Below the pieces are notes generated by a model that saw only the letters and a program-made list of their open reading frames with translations, did no database searches and was not told where the DNA came from. This document shows positions 50,125-64,000 of a stretch of DNA of 64,000 nt, in pieces. Every line of letters starts with the position of its first letter. The stretch's first letter is position 1. A program made the translations under genes and the position numbers. The DNA lies in the NCBI GenBank assembly GCA_043228905.1, contig JBHGNT010000002.1, forward strand, positions 1,364,001 through 1,428,000, written 5' to 3'. Source of the stretch: Azolla caroliniana. Its lineage: Eukaryota; Plantae; Polypodiophyta.

Positions 50125-52764
50125 ATGTATAATTATTCACATGGTATATTTAGCATTAATCATGATGAGCTGAACAATAATAGCAGTTACATGATGATGA
50201 ATACAAATAGCATGGATGATTGCTCTACATATGATCTATCCTCTACTAATTACTGTGCTAATCGTATGATTAGTGCTAATCTATTGATGGGTAATGGTGA
50301 GGAGGGTGAGGAGGATGCAGAGGATGTGTTTGGGGATGTAATTAACCATAATGAGGATGAGGATGAGGATGGGTATAATGCTAATTATACTCTTAAATAT
50401 CACACCAATCTAGCATCTAATCACTCCAAAACCCATGTCATTAGTGAAGCTACTCACATCATTAATGGTGGGTTAAGAAGCACTAATGATTCTAAGCCTT
50501 CTAATCATTATCATATTGAAGCCAATTCTGCAATTACTACTACTACTAATAATAAGAGTCATGAGCTGCAATGTGCTCATGACCACCTACTATATATTAA
50601 TGGTTTAAATCCTAATAATGGGCCAGGGTCATTTAAAGACAGCCCTAATCATGATCCTCATAATAACATTAAATATGGGCCAGCATTAATGCCCACTGAG
50701 GATGTACCATTAATGCATCTATATCATAAATGTGTGGGGAATAAGAATCCACATGGGCATCATCATCATGATAATAGTGTAATGACCAATGTGAGTGGTC
50801 ATGATAGACTTGTAGTAGGAGAGGGAGCTACTAGTGAGCATGAGGCAAGGAGCCTTGTGGCCGTGCCTAGTGTGAACACAAACATAAGGCCGGCCTCGAA
50901 CAATAACAACAAGACGAAACATAAGAGGAAGCGTGGGTCATCGGGTTCCTCCTCGTCACCCCCTTCGGCATCATCTTCGAGATCGCGTGTCGGGGGCTCC
51001 AATTCGAAGAAGAAGAAGAATAGTGAGGAGCTCGAGAACCAACGGATGACTCACATTGCCGTCGAGCGCAACCGACGCCGCCAGATGAACGAGCACCTCA
51101 CCGCCCTCCGCTCCATGATGCCGTCGTCCTACGTCCAACGGGTACGTTCAAACCCACACCTACACCTACACCTACACCTACATACCATGGCATTGTGTCT
51201 TTTGGGCACGGACATGAATATATGCCCACGACAATCATTGCACTTTAGGCCCGAACCCTAATGTTTATCTTTAAATAGTTTTATGTGTGGATTCAAGGGT
51301 TCACGATAACTCGTGTTTGTGGTATGTAACTCATGTGGGGGCACTAGCTTGAGGTTGATTCGAGAACCCTCTTGGCGGAACCCCCCCAATGACCACAACT
51401 AGTAGTGACATTGTCTCTCTAGATTCTACGTCAATACGAGAAGTGCCCAATAAGTCTTGTGGTTCTACATCCATACAAGAAGCGCCTTACAAGTCTTGTG
51501 GTTTCTTGGTAGATTAAGTCTTTACATCATTCTTAAATGGCACATTGCGCGCATAATGTCTATAATTGGCCCCGTCGTACCCCCGCCGCCCTAGTTCACC
51601 CATCATAGGCTTACATAATGCCTTCATGTCATTTGATGAATACAAATCATATCCAAGGAAAAATACATATCTATAGTGAGACTCAATGTCGTCTTCATAT
51701 CATATCACTAATCAACTTCTCAAAGCAAAATGCTAATTGCACTTAACAAATTACATAATATATAATGGTAATCACTAGTTATTTCCATTATGTCAATTGG
51801 CACAAATTTAAATTGAGATTGATAAATGCTTTTTGTGTGTGCTTTATTATGATGTTGTCAATCAGGGGGACCAAGCATCCATAGTGGGTGGAGCAATACG
51901 TTTTGTAGAGGAGCTCGAGCAACTAGTGCAATGCTTGCACCTTGAGAAGCAATTGAGGTCAACTACACATACTAATCATGTGGAAACACCTATTACCTCA
52001 TTTTCACACTTCAACGTGGAACTAGATAATATGGACTCGAGTACTAAGGCCCCACTTTCCCACTTCGGATTTACGGAAGACACTCCAGACATCACAAGGG
52101 ATGGTTCATATGCCGCATCATCGTCCTCGGTCGCGTCTATCGAGGTCAACATGCAGGTTTCCTCATCTAGTGCCTTCCTCAAGGTTCTAGCTCACAAGAT
52201 GCCCCATCAACTTTTCCACACCATATCCGCCTTCACCAAGCTCTACTTGAAAGTCGTGCACCTTAACATAACTACTGTAAACTCCACCACTATACTCTAC
52301 TCCTTCAATCTCAAGGTATGATCCTATCTTGTTCCATGACCATATTATAATCTCTTAATTTCTTGGCGTGCTCTATTTTCTATTTCCATATTAGTCTTGC
52401 ACATTGATCTTGTGAACTCCCTAGGGAGTTGTGGGATTCTTCTTTGTACTTCTTCTAAAATTAGATCTATGTCTTTTGGTTCACATAAACAAATGTCATG
52501 TGGTGAAATAGATGACTTTGGTCATGTGGACTCCCTAGGTTGTTTTGACAACTCTTGATACTTTGGGGGTTTTATTTGGGGGGCGGGCATGACCATACCA
52601 CACCACATTTTTTAAACATCCGCGATTGTCCTTAACCAACTATTCTTCCATTCTTGTAGATGGGTGATGATTGTCAACTCCAACGACCTGCTGAACTCGT
52701 GGAAGTTGTGCAAAATATTTTCAATGTATGTAATAATGGTGGAAGTGAACAACTAGCTTATTAA
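50125..52764 (+). CDS. Subfamily Ia bHLH transcription factor, FAMA/SMF-like; join(50125..51141,51866..52315,52660..52764), 523 aa
   Basis: [40 protein letters not shown]|[24 protein letters not shown]; two phase-0 GT-AG introns; ACT-like C-terminus VVHLNITT...LYSFNLK|MGDDCQL...VVQNIF; TAA 52762-52764. Confidence 0.93.
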
Positions 52765-53846
52765 ATTAGGTAAGGTAAAATAGCATATAGGTTGGAACAT
52801 ATTCCAAGTATACCATGAAGGATAAGAAGGGATGGCATCCAAATAAGGATTTGTAAATGTCCCCAAATTCTCTTCTTTAATACCTCAATCTCGTTCCATA
52901 ACCTTGAGTTTAAACTCAAATCAAGTGTTTGCATTCTGGCGGTATCAATTAGTCCTTACCAAAAAAGGGGCCCAAATAGTGGTATGCCTCTAGAGTGTTG
53001 CATCCATTTTGCCAACAAATTTGTCAGAATACATTTCCAATGGTTGAATACTAATTAAGGAAACAATACTTGTGTATCACTAATGTATATGGATGTCACA
53101 TTACAACTTTCAAGTGTCAGCCGTAAATTATGTTTGATGTTCTCATTTCAAATGAATTTGTTGCTCATTACTTCAGAATAAAGTATACAAAAAAGACTCT
53201 CTTGTAACATCAAAACAACCTTATCATGACCCTACAACTTGTATTTTGATTTTACGGATTTAGATGCTACTTAGTAGTCCAAAATTTTGGATTATGTATT
53301 AGCCTATTTTCCTTATACCAAGGTTATTGAAATCAAACATTTTTGTGAATGCGTGCAAACACAAACCACATCTTTTTTTATCTAGCCCAACGATCCCCTC
53401 CTCGAACAAGAGCCATTAACTTGAGTTTCCCCAAGAACCTTTGCATGTTAATATTAACAATGCTAAGGTCATATTTTCAAAACCCTTTATGGTACATGTA
53501 GCTCCCTATGGGATCCCTTTATAATATATGTTCTCATGTGTTTATTTTAGATTAGGAAAGAATAAATCACTTGAAAATAACACTAGTCATTAAGAAGTGA
53601 CATATACATGACAAACTTGGCAAAGTTATGTGTATTCATGAACTATCAATTATTTTCAAATTGTTGGGATTGAGTTCTATCACATGTTCTATTGTGGTGG
53701 CATTTCAAAGTTTCTAAACCTTTCATGTGATTGCCACTTGAAAAATGATAAGGTTCAACATTGAAGCGTAAATCCATGTACAAATTATCTAGCTAATCCT
53801 ACAAAGTTGCTTCCAATGACCATTTCAATTATTTCTAAATTGCATA

Positions 53847-54361
53847 TAGCAATGGGCACGATTCGGTTTGGTTTCAAGGCAAAGAAACCTAACCGAACTG
53901 TTTATATAAAACAAAAACCAAACCAAACCTTTTATGCACTCTCAAGTATTTAAACCAAACCATTTAAGAAAAAGTAAACCAAACCATTTAAACCCAAATT
54001 GTTTAGGGAAAAGTTGAAACCAAACCGAACTATTTAATAAAAAATTTACACCTAACCATTTAAGTAAAACCAATTAAACATTTAAATAAACAAAAATACA
54101 TTGATAAAATAAGCGTTTAAGTTCAATTTATTAAATCAATAAAAAACCATTAATTAAACCATTATGTAAATTAATAAACTATTAAGATTAAAAAAAAAAA
54201 GTTAACCAAAAACCTATAAACCCGAGTTTTAGAACCGAAACCAAACCGTTTATCGAAAATCCAAACCAAACCAAACCATTTTTTTTTTTGGGAACCAATA
54301 AACTGTTAAACCATGGCTTAATGGTTCGGTTCGTTTTGAGTTGAAACCATGCCCATTGCTA
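53847..54361. mobile_element. hAT-type MITE
   Basis: TIR TAGCAATGGGCA / TGCCCATTGCTA; 8-bp TSD attgcata (53839-53846) / atcgcata (54362-54369); aaacc/aaccg subterminal repeats. Confidence 0.88.
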
Positions 54362-57008
54362 ATCGCATATTATAATTTTATCAAGACAATGATTCGTGCA
54401 TTTAAAGAAGACTAGCGAGTTTTAACAAAATTTAGGTTGGATTTACATTTCACATTTTAGAAAAAGGAAAGTTGATGCAAGTTTTTACATCCAAATATTG
54501 ATTTGTGTAGACGTATTGTGTTATACTAGTCTTCAACATACAAGATTTAATATTCTTCCTTTGACAATTGGATCACTTAGCCATGGTTGTTTTATAGCGA
54601 TTTTGGATCTTGATACATTTCAAAGTGATGGTATGAAAAATAGAGAATAAGAGAGTTGTGTTGTGATCCTATGTGCTAACACACATTCGTGGGAAGAGAG
54701 TGATGTTGTGTATTGATAAATGAACTCCTCATCACATAATTAACGAAAGTAAAGTAATCAATCAATGTTAAGAAATTTTGGACAAGTAACCTCAAATTTG
54801 TCCATAAATCCTTTTTACATGTGTTCTCTTAATCACTTAATTGCACTATCAAAGATTAGTTGTTGCACTTCACTGTGAAAATGCTATGTTATCTCTACTT
54901 CCAATTGAAAATATTTGGTGACATTGTCAATTTAATGAATTTGTTAAACTAGGAGAATTGTATTTGCATAAGTGTTTGATCATTGCTATTAGATTCATGC
55001 CGCTTAGACTATTCATTTAATGTTGACAAACTAGAAGCTAACACTTGACATTTAACTTCAAAACAAAAAGTCCACATAGGTAAACATATAATTCCTCCTC
55101 ATTTTTAGTATCAATTTCTTCATTTGCCCCTACTACATATAGTGTTGAAGTCTTTAGATCATCGTACAAGTTAACCCACGAGCAAAGGTGCTCTCAAATC
55201 ATATAATTATGCCAGAACATATTCACGCATACAACGTTTTCTCAATGCTACTTTTGCCTTTACTTTCATCTCTAGTACGTTTGGTCATGAAGTTTCATTA
55301 TCTTCTATTGCTAAACCCAATCTAATTTCAAACTGTTACTTTTGCGACTTTGTTCTTGTATTTTGCTCTTAAAAATTACCTTTGTAGTTTCCTTGTCCAT
55401 GTAAATATGCATTCGCATCCACAATACCAATGATAAGAAATGAGATGTAGATTTTTTTCACAATTCTTATCTAATTCTTGTATTGTAAATTCAAAAGGTT
55501 GGCTTGCCATTGTCTTGAAAGTTACCTATCTATGCTTGGTAAAATCTAGGTTTCTATCTCAATAAATTTCAAGATTACCTACAATCATATTGTCTCCTAG
55601 TCCCAAATTCTAGAGCCATTGGTGTTTACTTGTCCTATTATGCACACATAGTTGTGTCCATTACACAGTTGTAGACAAATGTCTCTAATATCTATATCAA
55701 CATTGTGAGATAGCATGTATGCGAATATTATTAACGACAAGATTATAATACACTTTGAACTTCAGTCAATTTGATTATTTAGTAAATTGTCACATAATGT
55801 CGACATAAATTAATGAATAAGTGTAAACAAAGGAGCCAAACTCAAAGAAAGTTTAGAGGGCGTCATTACTATAAGAAGCATCACCTAGTACAATATTTTA
55901 TTTGAACAAACTCTAGTACAATGTATTGTTATGTGCCTTCTATGTGTAGCAAGAAAGACATGGGCCATTTTTTCATAAAAGTTTTTTAATGTAAAAATAA
56001 AATTTGACATGGAAATGTTCCATTTTTTTAATTTAACCAATTAATGCATGTACCTTAATTTGTTATTATGCTTCCATGTTTCCCAGCAATCATTGAAATT
56101 TTCATCAAAAAATTGTAAGAAAATGAAAATTAGTTAAGTTTTGGATGTGTGTAGATTTGAACGAAATTTTGTCAATATAAATGCATCAAGAACATGAGTA
56201 ACATCAAACCAAGCTATTAGCTCAACTAATTAAACAAGATTGAAGTGATTCATGTGACGAGGGGAGCGAACAATAAACTCTCCATGCAACCAACAAATCA
56301 AAGCTCATAAGAAAAAAGAGCAACATGTTCATATCACCGGATTGGCAACGCACTCTTAAGAGTTATAGACACCCAACCATACAGCTGAGAGAGAAATGGT
56401 AGAAAAGGCCATGAGAGTAACCAACCCTTTTCAAATATCAACAAACATGAGCACCATAAATATCCAGATGTGGCTGATCAAGCAATCTTTCGCAAACCGA
56501 TGAACTTATATGTGCCATAATTGACTTCTCACATTATCCTCATTATAAACTAGTAGTATAGGTCTACATGAATTCATGAGAGTGTGCATCATTAACTAGA
56601 GAGGCTTAACATAGAAAAAGGCCTAGTACAACAATAGGGATCATCAAATCATTACCTTCTCATGTTGTAAAAAAACAAAACGAACCATGAGGTTGGTATA
56701 TGCTTTGTTTCTACAAATACAACAATGTTTTGAGGCAGTTTTCAATTGAACCTTCACAATTGAATGCAAAAAGTTTCCCATGCAACCCACAGAATTTTTT
56801 ACATGATAATCATGCAGTAACAAGATGAATTAAAAAACATGCTTGTTTTTAGATTAGATGTACCAGAGAATGACATATTCTTCCATCACCATCTTCTGGA
56901 ACAAAACTTCAGTACAAATATATATACGTATATATATTATTTGAAGGATTACAATATCCTCTATACACAAATCCAATGTGTCCCAAACTGCTGAAATTTT
57001 CTTGCGTT

Positions 57009-58823
57009 TTAGCTCCTCTTATCAGTATCGATGTTGCCCACTTGAGAATAGCCTTTCTTGGTCCTTTGTATCCTTGAAAACAAGCACAAAACAAGGAATG
57101 CAATACTATATACACCATAAATCTTCCAACTTGTATGTGGTCCTTTCGATGCCATTGCTCGATGAAAGATAGTGACATAGTAATGGAATCCAATGGTAAA
57201 TGCAACAAACCACTGCAACGCCACAGTTACCTTGACAAGCAAGGTCTCCAAAGAGAGCGAGAGCGAGTAAACCATATCAAATGTTTGTAAGATCAGGTAT
57301 ACCATATATCCAAAAGCTTGAAAAAGCTGCAAATGGATATATCCACGTGCACTACTCTTGTAGAAGAACATCATTGGCTCTCCGATAATGGAAGTTGCAA
57401 AAAGGAGAGTTGCAAAGTAAGCTGAAAGGTAGATGTTAATAAAGAGAAGGATCTTCTGGAGAGACAAAACCGCTCGTATATGATCAAACAACAAACCGAC
57501 AATGGCTAGAGGAACTAGCAAAAGACTAAACGATATGAGCGTTCCAAAAAATGGAGCTACTTGTTTACCAACAAGAGGTGAAAAGCTTTCGGTGATTTGT
57601 TGATTTGCCTTGTTGAAATATGTCTTTGATTTGTCAGTGAATTTGTATATGTTTGGGCTGAGGTGATCTGCCACTTTCAACGCCGTGTCTTGAAGCTTGG
57701 AAGGAAGATCTATGAAATCTTGCATAAAATCACCATATTCATCATCATCATCCTCCACATCCTCATCATTCCCCACACGCTTAGGCTCTTCAGCTTTCTT
57801 TTCCTTTGTTAATGTATTCAGCTCTTCCTCTTGAGTTTCCTTTCCCTTTGTGGATGCCGTAACTTCTACTTCCACATTGCTCCCCTCTATTTTAATGCTT
57901 GAAAGCTTGTCTTGAGTTGATGTTGGTTTTTCAATTTCGACTATTTCCTTGTCTTGCTCTTTAACCATCTCGTTGATGTTTAAATCATTTTCCATAGTTG
58001 CTCCTGAATTCAGTTCTTTTACTTGAGTTGCATTAGATTCAGTCCACTCATCAGTATTACTGTTTTCAATAACAGTGGTGGATGGCTTTTCCACATTCTT
58101 AACAGTTTTAGTGGATTTGTTTTTCTTCTTCTTCTTTTTGGTTTCTCGAAGCTTTGTTTCTTCATCCCGTTGATCCAACTCTGTTTCTTTCCTTGCCTCT
58201 CCTGTTTGAGCTTCCATCACATTTGTTGATTCTGATTCGACCACACTATTTAAAGAAAGTGTCTCTCCTTTTTCCTTTTCTTTTGTTTCTGGATCCAACC
58301 CTAAGCTCACTTCCATTTCCACGTCAAAAGCTTCATCATTCAATTTCTCTTTGCTTTTTGGTTCATCATTCCCTTCAGATTTAGGTTCTTTCACCCCTAC
58401 AGTTTCTAGTGTATTTTCTAATAGAAACGTCTCATCTTCTCCTTTGACAGATTTGTTCACCAAAATTTCACTTATAGACTCCTCTTTTTCTTTCTCTTTC
58501 TCTTTCTCTTCCTTCTTTTCTGTTTCAAGTGCATCATCGTTTGCTTTCTGAAAAACTTCTTGTTTCATCTCAGACTGTGCTATTTCACCTTTATTCTCTG
58601 TGGTTGCAAGGTTTCCCTCATCTAACCCATTTGGATGGTTAAGATCGGTTTCTATTATCTTTGACTCTTCTTCAGCTTGTAACAGCATTCTCCGTGTGTG
58701 CAAAACATCATAAGGGTGATATGTCTGAACATTGTCTTTTGCTTCACTAAGAATCCAAACGCTTGTGGAAATCATCCACATCAAGAGGAGCAAGTATAGA
58801 ATAGAGTGTTTCACAGGCTCCAT
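57009..58823 (-). CDS. Plant membrane protein, 604 aa: signal peptide, long E/K-rich region, about 6 C-terminal TM helices (resembles the 'cell wall integrity/stress response component-like' family, from memory At4g39840-like)
   Basis: Uninterrupted ORF; ATG at 58823 follows a splice acceptor (tttgtag, exon from 58828); motifs F.DLP, YFNKANQQIT, SLQKILLFI.IYLS.YF, HYYV.IFHR, WKIYGVY. Candidate 5'-UTR donors near 60387 and 60620. Confidence 0.9.
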   Translation of the reverse strand: MEPVKHSILYLLLLMWMISTSVWILSEAKDNVQTYHPYDVLHTRRMLLQAEEESKIIETDLNHPNGLDEGNLATTENKGEIAQSEMKQEVFQKANDDALETEKKEEKEKEKEKEESISEILVNKSVKGEDETFLLENTLETVGVKEPKSEGNDEPKSKEKLNDEAFDVEMEVSLGLDPETKEKEKGETLSLNSVVESESTNVMEAQTGEARKETELDQRDEETKLRETKKKKKKNKSTKTVKNVEKPSTTVIENSNTDEWTESNATQVKELNSGATMENDLNINEMVKEQDKEIVEIEKPTSTQDKLSSIKIEGSNVEVEVTASTKGKETQEEELNTLTKEKKAEEPKRVGNDEDVEDDDDEYGDFMQDFIDLPSKLQDTALKVADHLSPNIYKFTDKSKTYFNKANQQITESFSPLVGKQVAPFFGTLISFSLLLVPLAIVGLLFDHIRAVLSLQKILLFINIYLSAYFATLLFATSIIGEPMMFFYKSSARGYIHLQLFQAFGYMVYLILQTFDMVYSLSLSLETLLVKVTVALQWFVAFTIGFHYYVTIFHRAMASKGPHTSWKIYGVYSIAFLVLCLFSRIQRTKKGYSQVGNIDTDKRS

Positions 58824-59826
58824 GTTTCCTACAAACACACGAAAGAATCAAAATCAATAAAAGTATCTCTCTACATCTGGTTGGACCGTGTACCTTTGTG
58901 GTACACCATTGTTTTCGGAGCAAAAACTCCAGAGTACCTCTGAATTTTTCTTTATTCCCAGAAATGCCTCTCATTCTTTGTTCTTGCCAAATGCCTTTGG
59001 TCAAACAAACACCCTAAAATGACCAGAGAAAAAGGGACGAATTGATATCATATTGGCTCAAATAGTGCATATAATAATTGAGGAATAGGGAATGAGCTGA
59101 CCATATAAATGTTCAAATAACACATACACAATTGCTCTTTTGGAGTTGGCCAAGGGCATTCTTGGATATAAAAAACTAGGGGGCATTCGAGGAAATAAAG
59201 AAAGACTCAGTGGTAAGTTCAGATTCCTGTTGTTTTTTATTAAACACATATGCCTGGGTTTAAGTGCCAATTAATTTACCACATATGCTTATCAAATCTA
59301 TCGGTTGTATGATCATCTCGTATTAAAATGTTACACCAATGATATATTTGAGGGATGTATAATGAAAATGTATTACTTAAAGCTTGAGGCGGTTGAAACG
59401 TCCAAGCATTCTGCTTTATGAATTCACAGTCATAACAAAAAGAAAAAATGGGTAACTGTATGAGTACATTTACACAAGGGGTGGACATTCTGCCTTATAT
59501 CTTCAAGTATATACCATGATCAATTTTCTTATTGCTTCCTTCTCATCTATGAAGATATATAATGTAACCTATAGTTACCATAGCCTGTCAAACAAAATTT
59601 TCATACAAAGAAGGGCTGAAATCTTTATATCTCGCAGCGTATACCACAATCCATCTTTCTTATTGCCTTCTTCACATGTATACTTTTAATCTATTGTTAT
59701 CATTGCTTTTCAGGAAAAAACAAGGGTTTAAACATCCTTGTATTTTCTAGCATAACATTCTTTTCTGATTTGCTTCCTTCTCTACGTATTTTGCTATACA
59801 AAATGAGGTCATAATTTTTACACTTG

Positions 59827-59868
<42 letters not shown>

Positions 59869-60778
59869 ATAACACAAATAAGATGAAAAATCAAACCTGA
59901 AAAACTAGCGAATCATGTGGAGAAGGGAACGAAATTATATGTCTGATCTAGAAATTATAGTAAAAATGTAGTTCTTTACGCACACAATTATAACATAAGA
60001 TCAAACATGATAATGTAGTTTAAACAATAAAAAGATCAAACGAAATGGAGATTAACAATCATCACTTTATAAGGAAAAATAAAGCTTTATATTTACGGGA
60101 TCAAACCAATAGCACTTTTATTCCCTGAAGAAATACAAACCAGATCGCATATTGTAATTTCTATTAGAACACTTTCAGTTGCGATAACAGCATCACATAG
60201 TTCTGGTCACTTTACAAAGGTAAGATGTGTATGACGGGATCAAACAAAAGACTTTTTTCCATCAGTTCATGGAAATGGAGCTATGAAAACGTCTACATCG
60301 GAAAAATGTCTTGATGATCTACAACATTACAAAGCGTGATGAAACATGAGATCAAATTAGACTGGAAGTCCCCAGTATTTTCTTACCTACATACAGATGA
60401 GTTCAAAAGAGCAAGAAATAGGGGAATCACAAGCTCACTCTACATCAAGATCTCAGCAAGATGCATTAACCGTTCAAAGATCTAAAGAAAGAAAGAAAGA
60501 AAGAAAGAAAGAAACCACCAATATAGATCTGAAGACTTCGAATGCGATTTCGATGCTAGAAAGGCATGAAAGTGATGAGGAGGGGTAAGAATTACGCAGG
60601 GGAAAGGGATAGGTACATACCTCGAAGAAGAAGAAGAAGAAGAAGCGGGGCAGATGGAAAGAGTGTCAGAGCATTTTTCTTCACCACATGAATGGATTGA
60701 ACTGGGAGTGAAGTGTGAGGAAGTGTGAGTTAATTTTGGTTAGAAATGTAGTGAATAATCCACCCATCCCATGGGGGG

Positions 60779-60845
60779 GTCACATTTTGGTCACATTTTG
60801 GGTACATTTTGATCACATTTTGGTCACATTTTGGTCACATTTTGG
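60779..60845. repeat. About 6 x 11-bp tandem repeat (gtcacattttg) upstream of the membrane-protein gene
   Basis: Directly visible. Confidence 0.85.
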
Positions 60846-63235
60846 GCACTTTTTGGGCCCGAGCAATGTATTCTTGTCCCTCAGATAGTAAGGGCCATGT
60901 GCTTTTCCTTCTCTCTTTTACTTAACTCGTCTCGGCTACCTATCATTCCTTGGTTCGTCACAATATATCACCATAAGTTTGCCTTCCATTCTGCCCTCCC
61001 CAGGATGCTTAATTAACACTCGCTTTGGTATTGCTAGAACATTGATGTTATTATTAATTGTGTGGTTACTAGTTTAATGTGTATAGGTGTGAGCCTAGAA
61101 AAAGGCAAACATGCATGCGTACATCTCACTTTAAGGGGTTGCATATGGGCACAGCCATGTTTACGAAAGGCTTAAGACGTCCTAGCTTATGGTTCATGCC
61201 TAGTCTGCTTTCAATAACTATGTGTGCTCTAGTAGGCTTGCAAGAATGTGCTTGCTTCTAGGAGTTAAACTCTGTTTAGTTATGACTATGCAGCTAAAAT
61301 TAATGGGATAGGGAATTGCTATAAAAAGGTGGACTCAATTTTTATTAGTTGACAAATAGATCTGCAGGTATCCAACCTCGGGGGTATCATAACATGAAAT
61401 GTGGTTGTTGGGAGAAAAACTTTAATTTTTTTGTTGTTGACATGATAATATTTATTTATCTCACCTCGAGTAAACTATCTATTTGACATATAAGCGTGTA
61501 AAGGGCAACCCAACACGGTGAAGAGAACCTATCAATAAAGTATGGTTGTTTTTCATCAGGAAAAGATGCAAACAATGCCACATGGCCTCACCAATGTATA
61601 CTGGAATCAAGAAAAATGTGTGGAAAGTATTATAACTTAATCAATCGATGATCACATGTATATTATTTAATATGCCCCAAGAGACCATATGGTATGGTTT
61701 GATTACTATACCGAAGACTATAAGTATTAAAATGTATTAGAATAAAATTTTGGGGTTCACTTGTAAAATTAAAATTTTCAATATGACGTGCAACGATCTA
61801 ACAAAGCTCTAAAGGGTATTGCTCTTCTATTATATGGTTTGATTCTATATTGAAGACTATAACTATTATGACGTGCTAGGGAAAAAACAAAGTTGGTTCA
61901 CTTTTTTTATTTTTTATTTGGGGTCATGCCTTATGAAGAGCAACGATCTAACAAATCTCTATAGCTTTTTGCTCTTCTTGGTAGGAAAGATACGATGTAA
62001 ATTATTCTTCATAGCCATTCACCTAGGTTAAGGTGGCATTAATTACCACATAGATGAGTCAATGATAATACTCTCGATGAGAGAAAATCATAGGTGTAGA
62101 ATCTAGAGATTATCAAAAACCTTGCCAAGGAAGAACCATATACATACTTCAATTGGGCACTTCTAGGATAATGACCCAACAAAATGGAAACAAAATAAAA
62201 GAACGTGAATGATAGCAATATAAAATAAAGGGAGAAGCTTATTTTCTATATGTGTCTACTTCAATTAAAATCGAGACAAATCAAGTTTGTTTTCGTAGGT
62301 TGATCGAAGCTATAATCTAGACTCTAGAGGATGTAAAGGTAATATGTGGCGTTTCAAACATTTTTGGAGTAAACACCCATTTATGAGTATAGAGTTCTAA
62401 AAATAACGGTCAAAGGTGAAGAACTTTCATTTTGCTTATAGAAAGATGGGTATGGGATTTAGTGTATAGTTCAAGCTAAACGATAGCAATCCACCTTTGT
62501 CTCTCCTTTGACTTGACAAAAAACAATAGATGTACTTATCTAGATGAAGTTACAACAAACCAAGAAGTTGCAATCCACATTGACCAATAAGTTCTATAGT
62601 GGAACAACATATCGCCACAATTTAGAAAGAAGTAATAAGAAAACTAGTAAATATCATTAATGAGCTATCCAAATGGTACACACAATGTACATGACCATTT
62701 TAACAACATATTTATGAGAATAAATTGGCTTGACCCAACAATGTTTCTTTATCATTGCATTATGTACCAACCTTTGATATTTAGCCTTCAATTTACAAAA
62801 ATGGTATTAGAATAAAGAAATGGTTGCGGTGGGATAGAGAGAAACAACAAATAATGTGAGTATATGTAATGCATGCATCTCAATCAAAGTGTCAAAGTTC
62901 CAAGAACAACACTCAATCATTTTGCCATTGATGGAGCCTCTTGCATTGCAATATAGGAACAATTGTTAGTGGATGGGTCAATAGCATCACATATGGAATC
63001 TTTGCATTTTACAATTGCAAAAGTTATTGATTGAATGAATAAAATAAAGATATATGTATACCCATCACCCACCACGAGGTCTTGTATTGGTACTCATTAA
63101 TTGGTCTCCCTTTCGGGTTTCACTCTCGTGCTCTTTTTCAATAATGCACGATGATAGTATACATAGATGAACATGTTTAATGAGTCATAATGTTAACTTG
63201 TGGGGCGATGAATGTTTTACTTGTGATACCATAAC

Positions 63236-63325
63236 CATAGATTGACATATTCGCATTCGTGGGGTTTCCCATTCGAATGCAAACGAATACGAATACGAAT
63301 GGGTAGTCAAGTATTCGTTTTACCC

Positions 63326-63356
<31 letters not shown>

Positions 63357-63860
63357 ACTTTTTTTAAAAACATTTCCTAAGATAAAAAAAGGAACTTAAC
63401 AATAAATAGGGATAATAAAAGAGGGACTTTGGGGATTTGACACTACTAAATTTTTATAATAAATGTATAGTCGTTTTATTTTTAATAAATAAATTAAATA
63501 AAATAAAGGCTCATTAATTTCTCACTTTTTATTTCCTCAAAATTTATGAATATTTTTATCTTGACATTAAAAATGGTACTTTAAACTAATCATATTTGTA
63601 TAATAAATATAAACATATTCGTTTTTAAAAAATTAATTAATTAAAATAAGTTTCATAAACTCTCTTAACACTATAATCTATTAATGAATAATTGTTTTTT
63701 TTTTGGTGAAATACATTTATTTTAATAAATAAATAAATTTTTATATTTATTTTACAAAACGAATGGTTTTTTAATATTCTTGGGGCCATTTTGTATTCTC
63801 GAATACTGAGAATATTGCGCATGGGGAATATCACGAATATAACGCATGTGTCAATCTATG
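63236..63860. mobile_element. hAT-type MITE
   Basis: TIR CATAGATTGACA / TGTCAATCTATG; perfect 8-bp TSD accataac (63228-63235, 63861-63868); cgaata/tattcg subterminal repeats. Confidence 0.92.
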
Positions 63861-64000
63861 ACCATAACTATTCAAAATAGAATGTTGTCATAAATAAAGT
63901 CTATGTGATACGAGGGGCAAGAGGGACACAATTAAGGCAATGGTATTGTCTTGAGACAATGAGTGAATGCCCAATATGGATAAGAATTAGATTGTTGAAA

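Noticed and set aside
61690-61980. Imperfect ~140-bp duplication
   Set aside because: Old degenerate local duplication with no other structure.

Overview
Eukaryotic land-plant nuclear DNA. A fern-like non-seed plant is my inference, based on the Tcn1/Tf1-like chromovirus and the SMF/FAMA-type bHLH gene. The left ~31.9 kb is a deeply nested stack of LTR retrotransposons. I resolve it as old Copia J <- Copia H <- tandem Copia B/B' (sharing one LTR, which holds a 4x239-bp repeat) <- Gypsy C <- Gypsy D <- Copia A <- (solo LTR E and chromovirus F), plus chromovirus G inside B' and solo LTR I inside G. The right ~32 kb is AT-rich. It holds a truncated LINE, decayed TE relics, two hAT-type MITEs, a 3-exon subfamily Ia (FAMA/SMF-like) bHLH gene (+, 50125-52764) and a convergent multi-pass membrane-protein gene (-, 57009-58823). 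There are two standout observations. First, two unrelated Gypsy-type LTRs (E and F) each carry a tRNA-like A-box/B-box Pol III module in U3, antisense to the element. Second, the 5' LTR of chromovirus F has its 114-bp R/U5 segment exactly inverted, at a junction that looks like a fossil of Tf1-type self-primed reverse transcription. All calls come from reading the sequence by eye; no searches were run.
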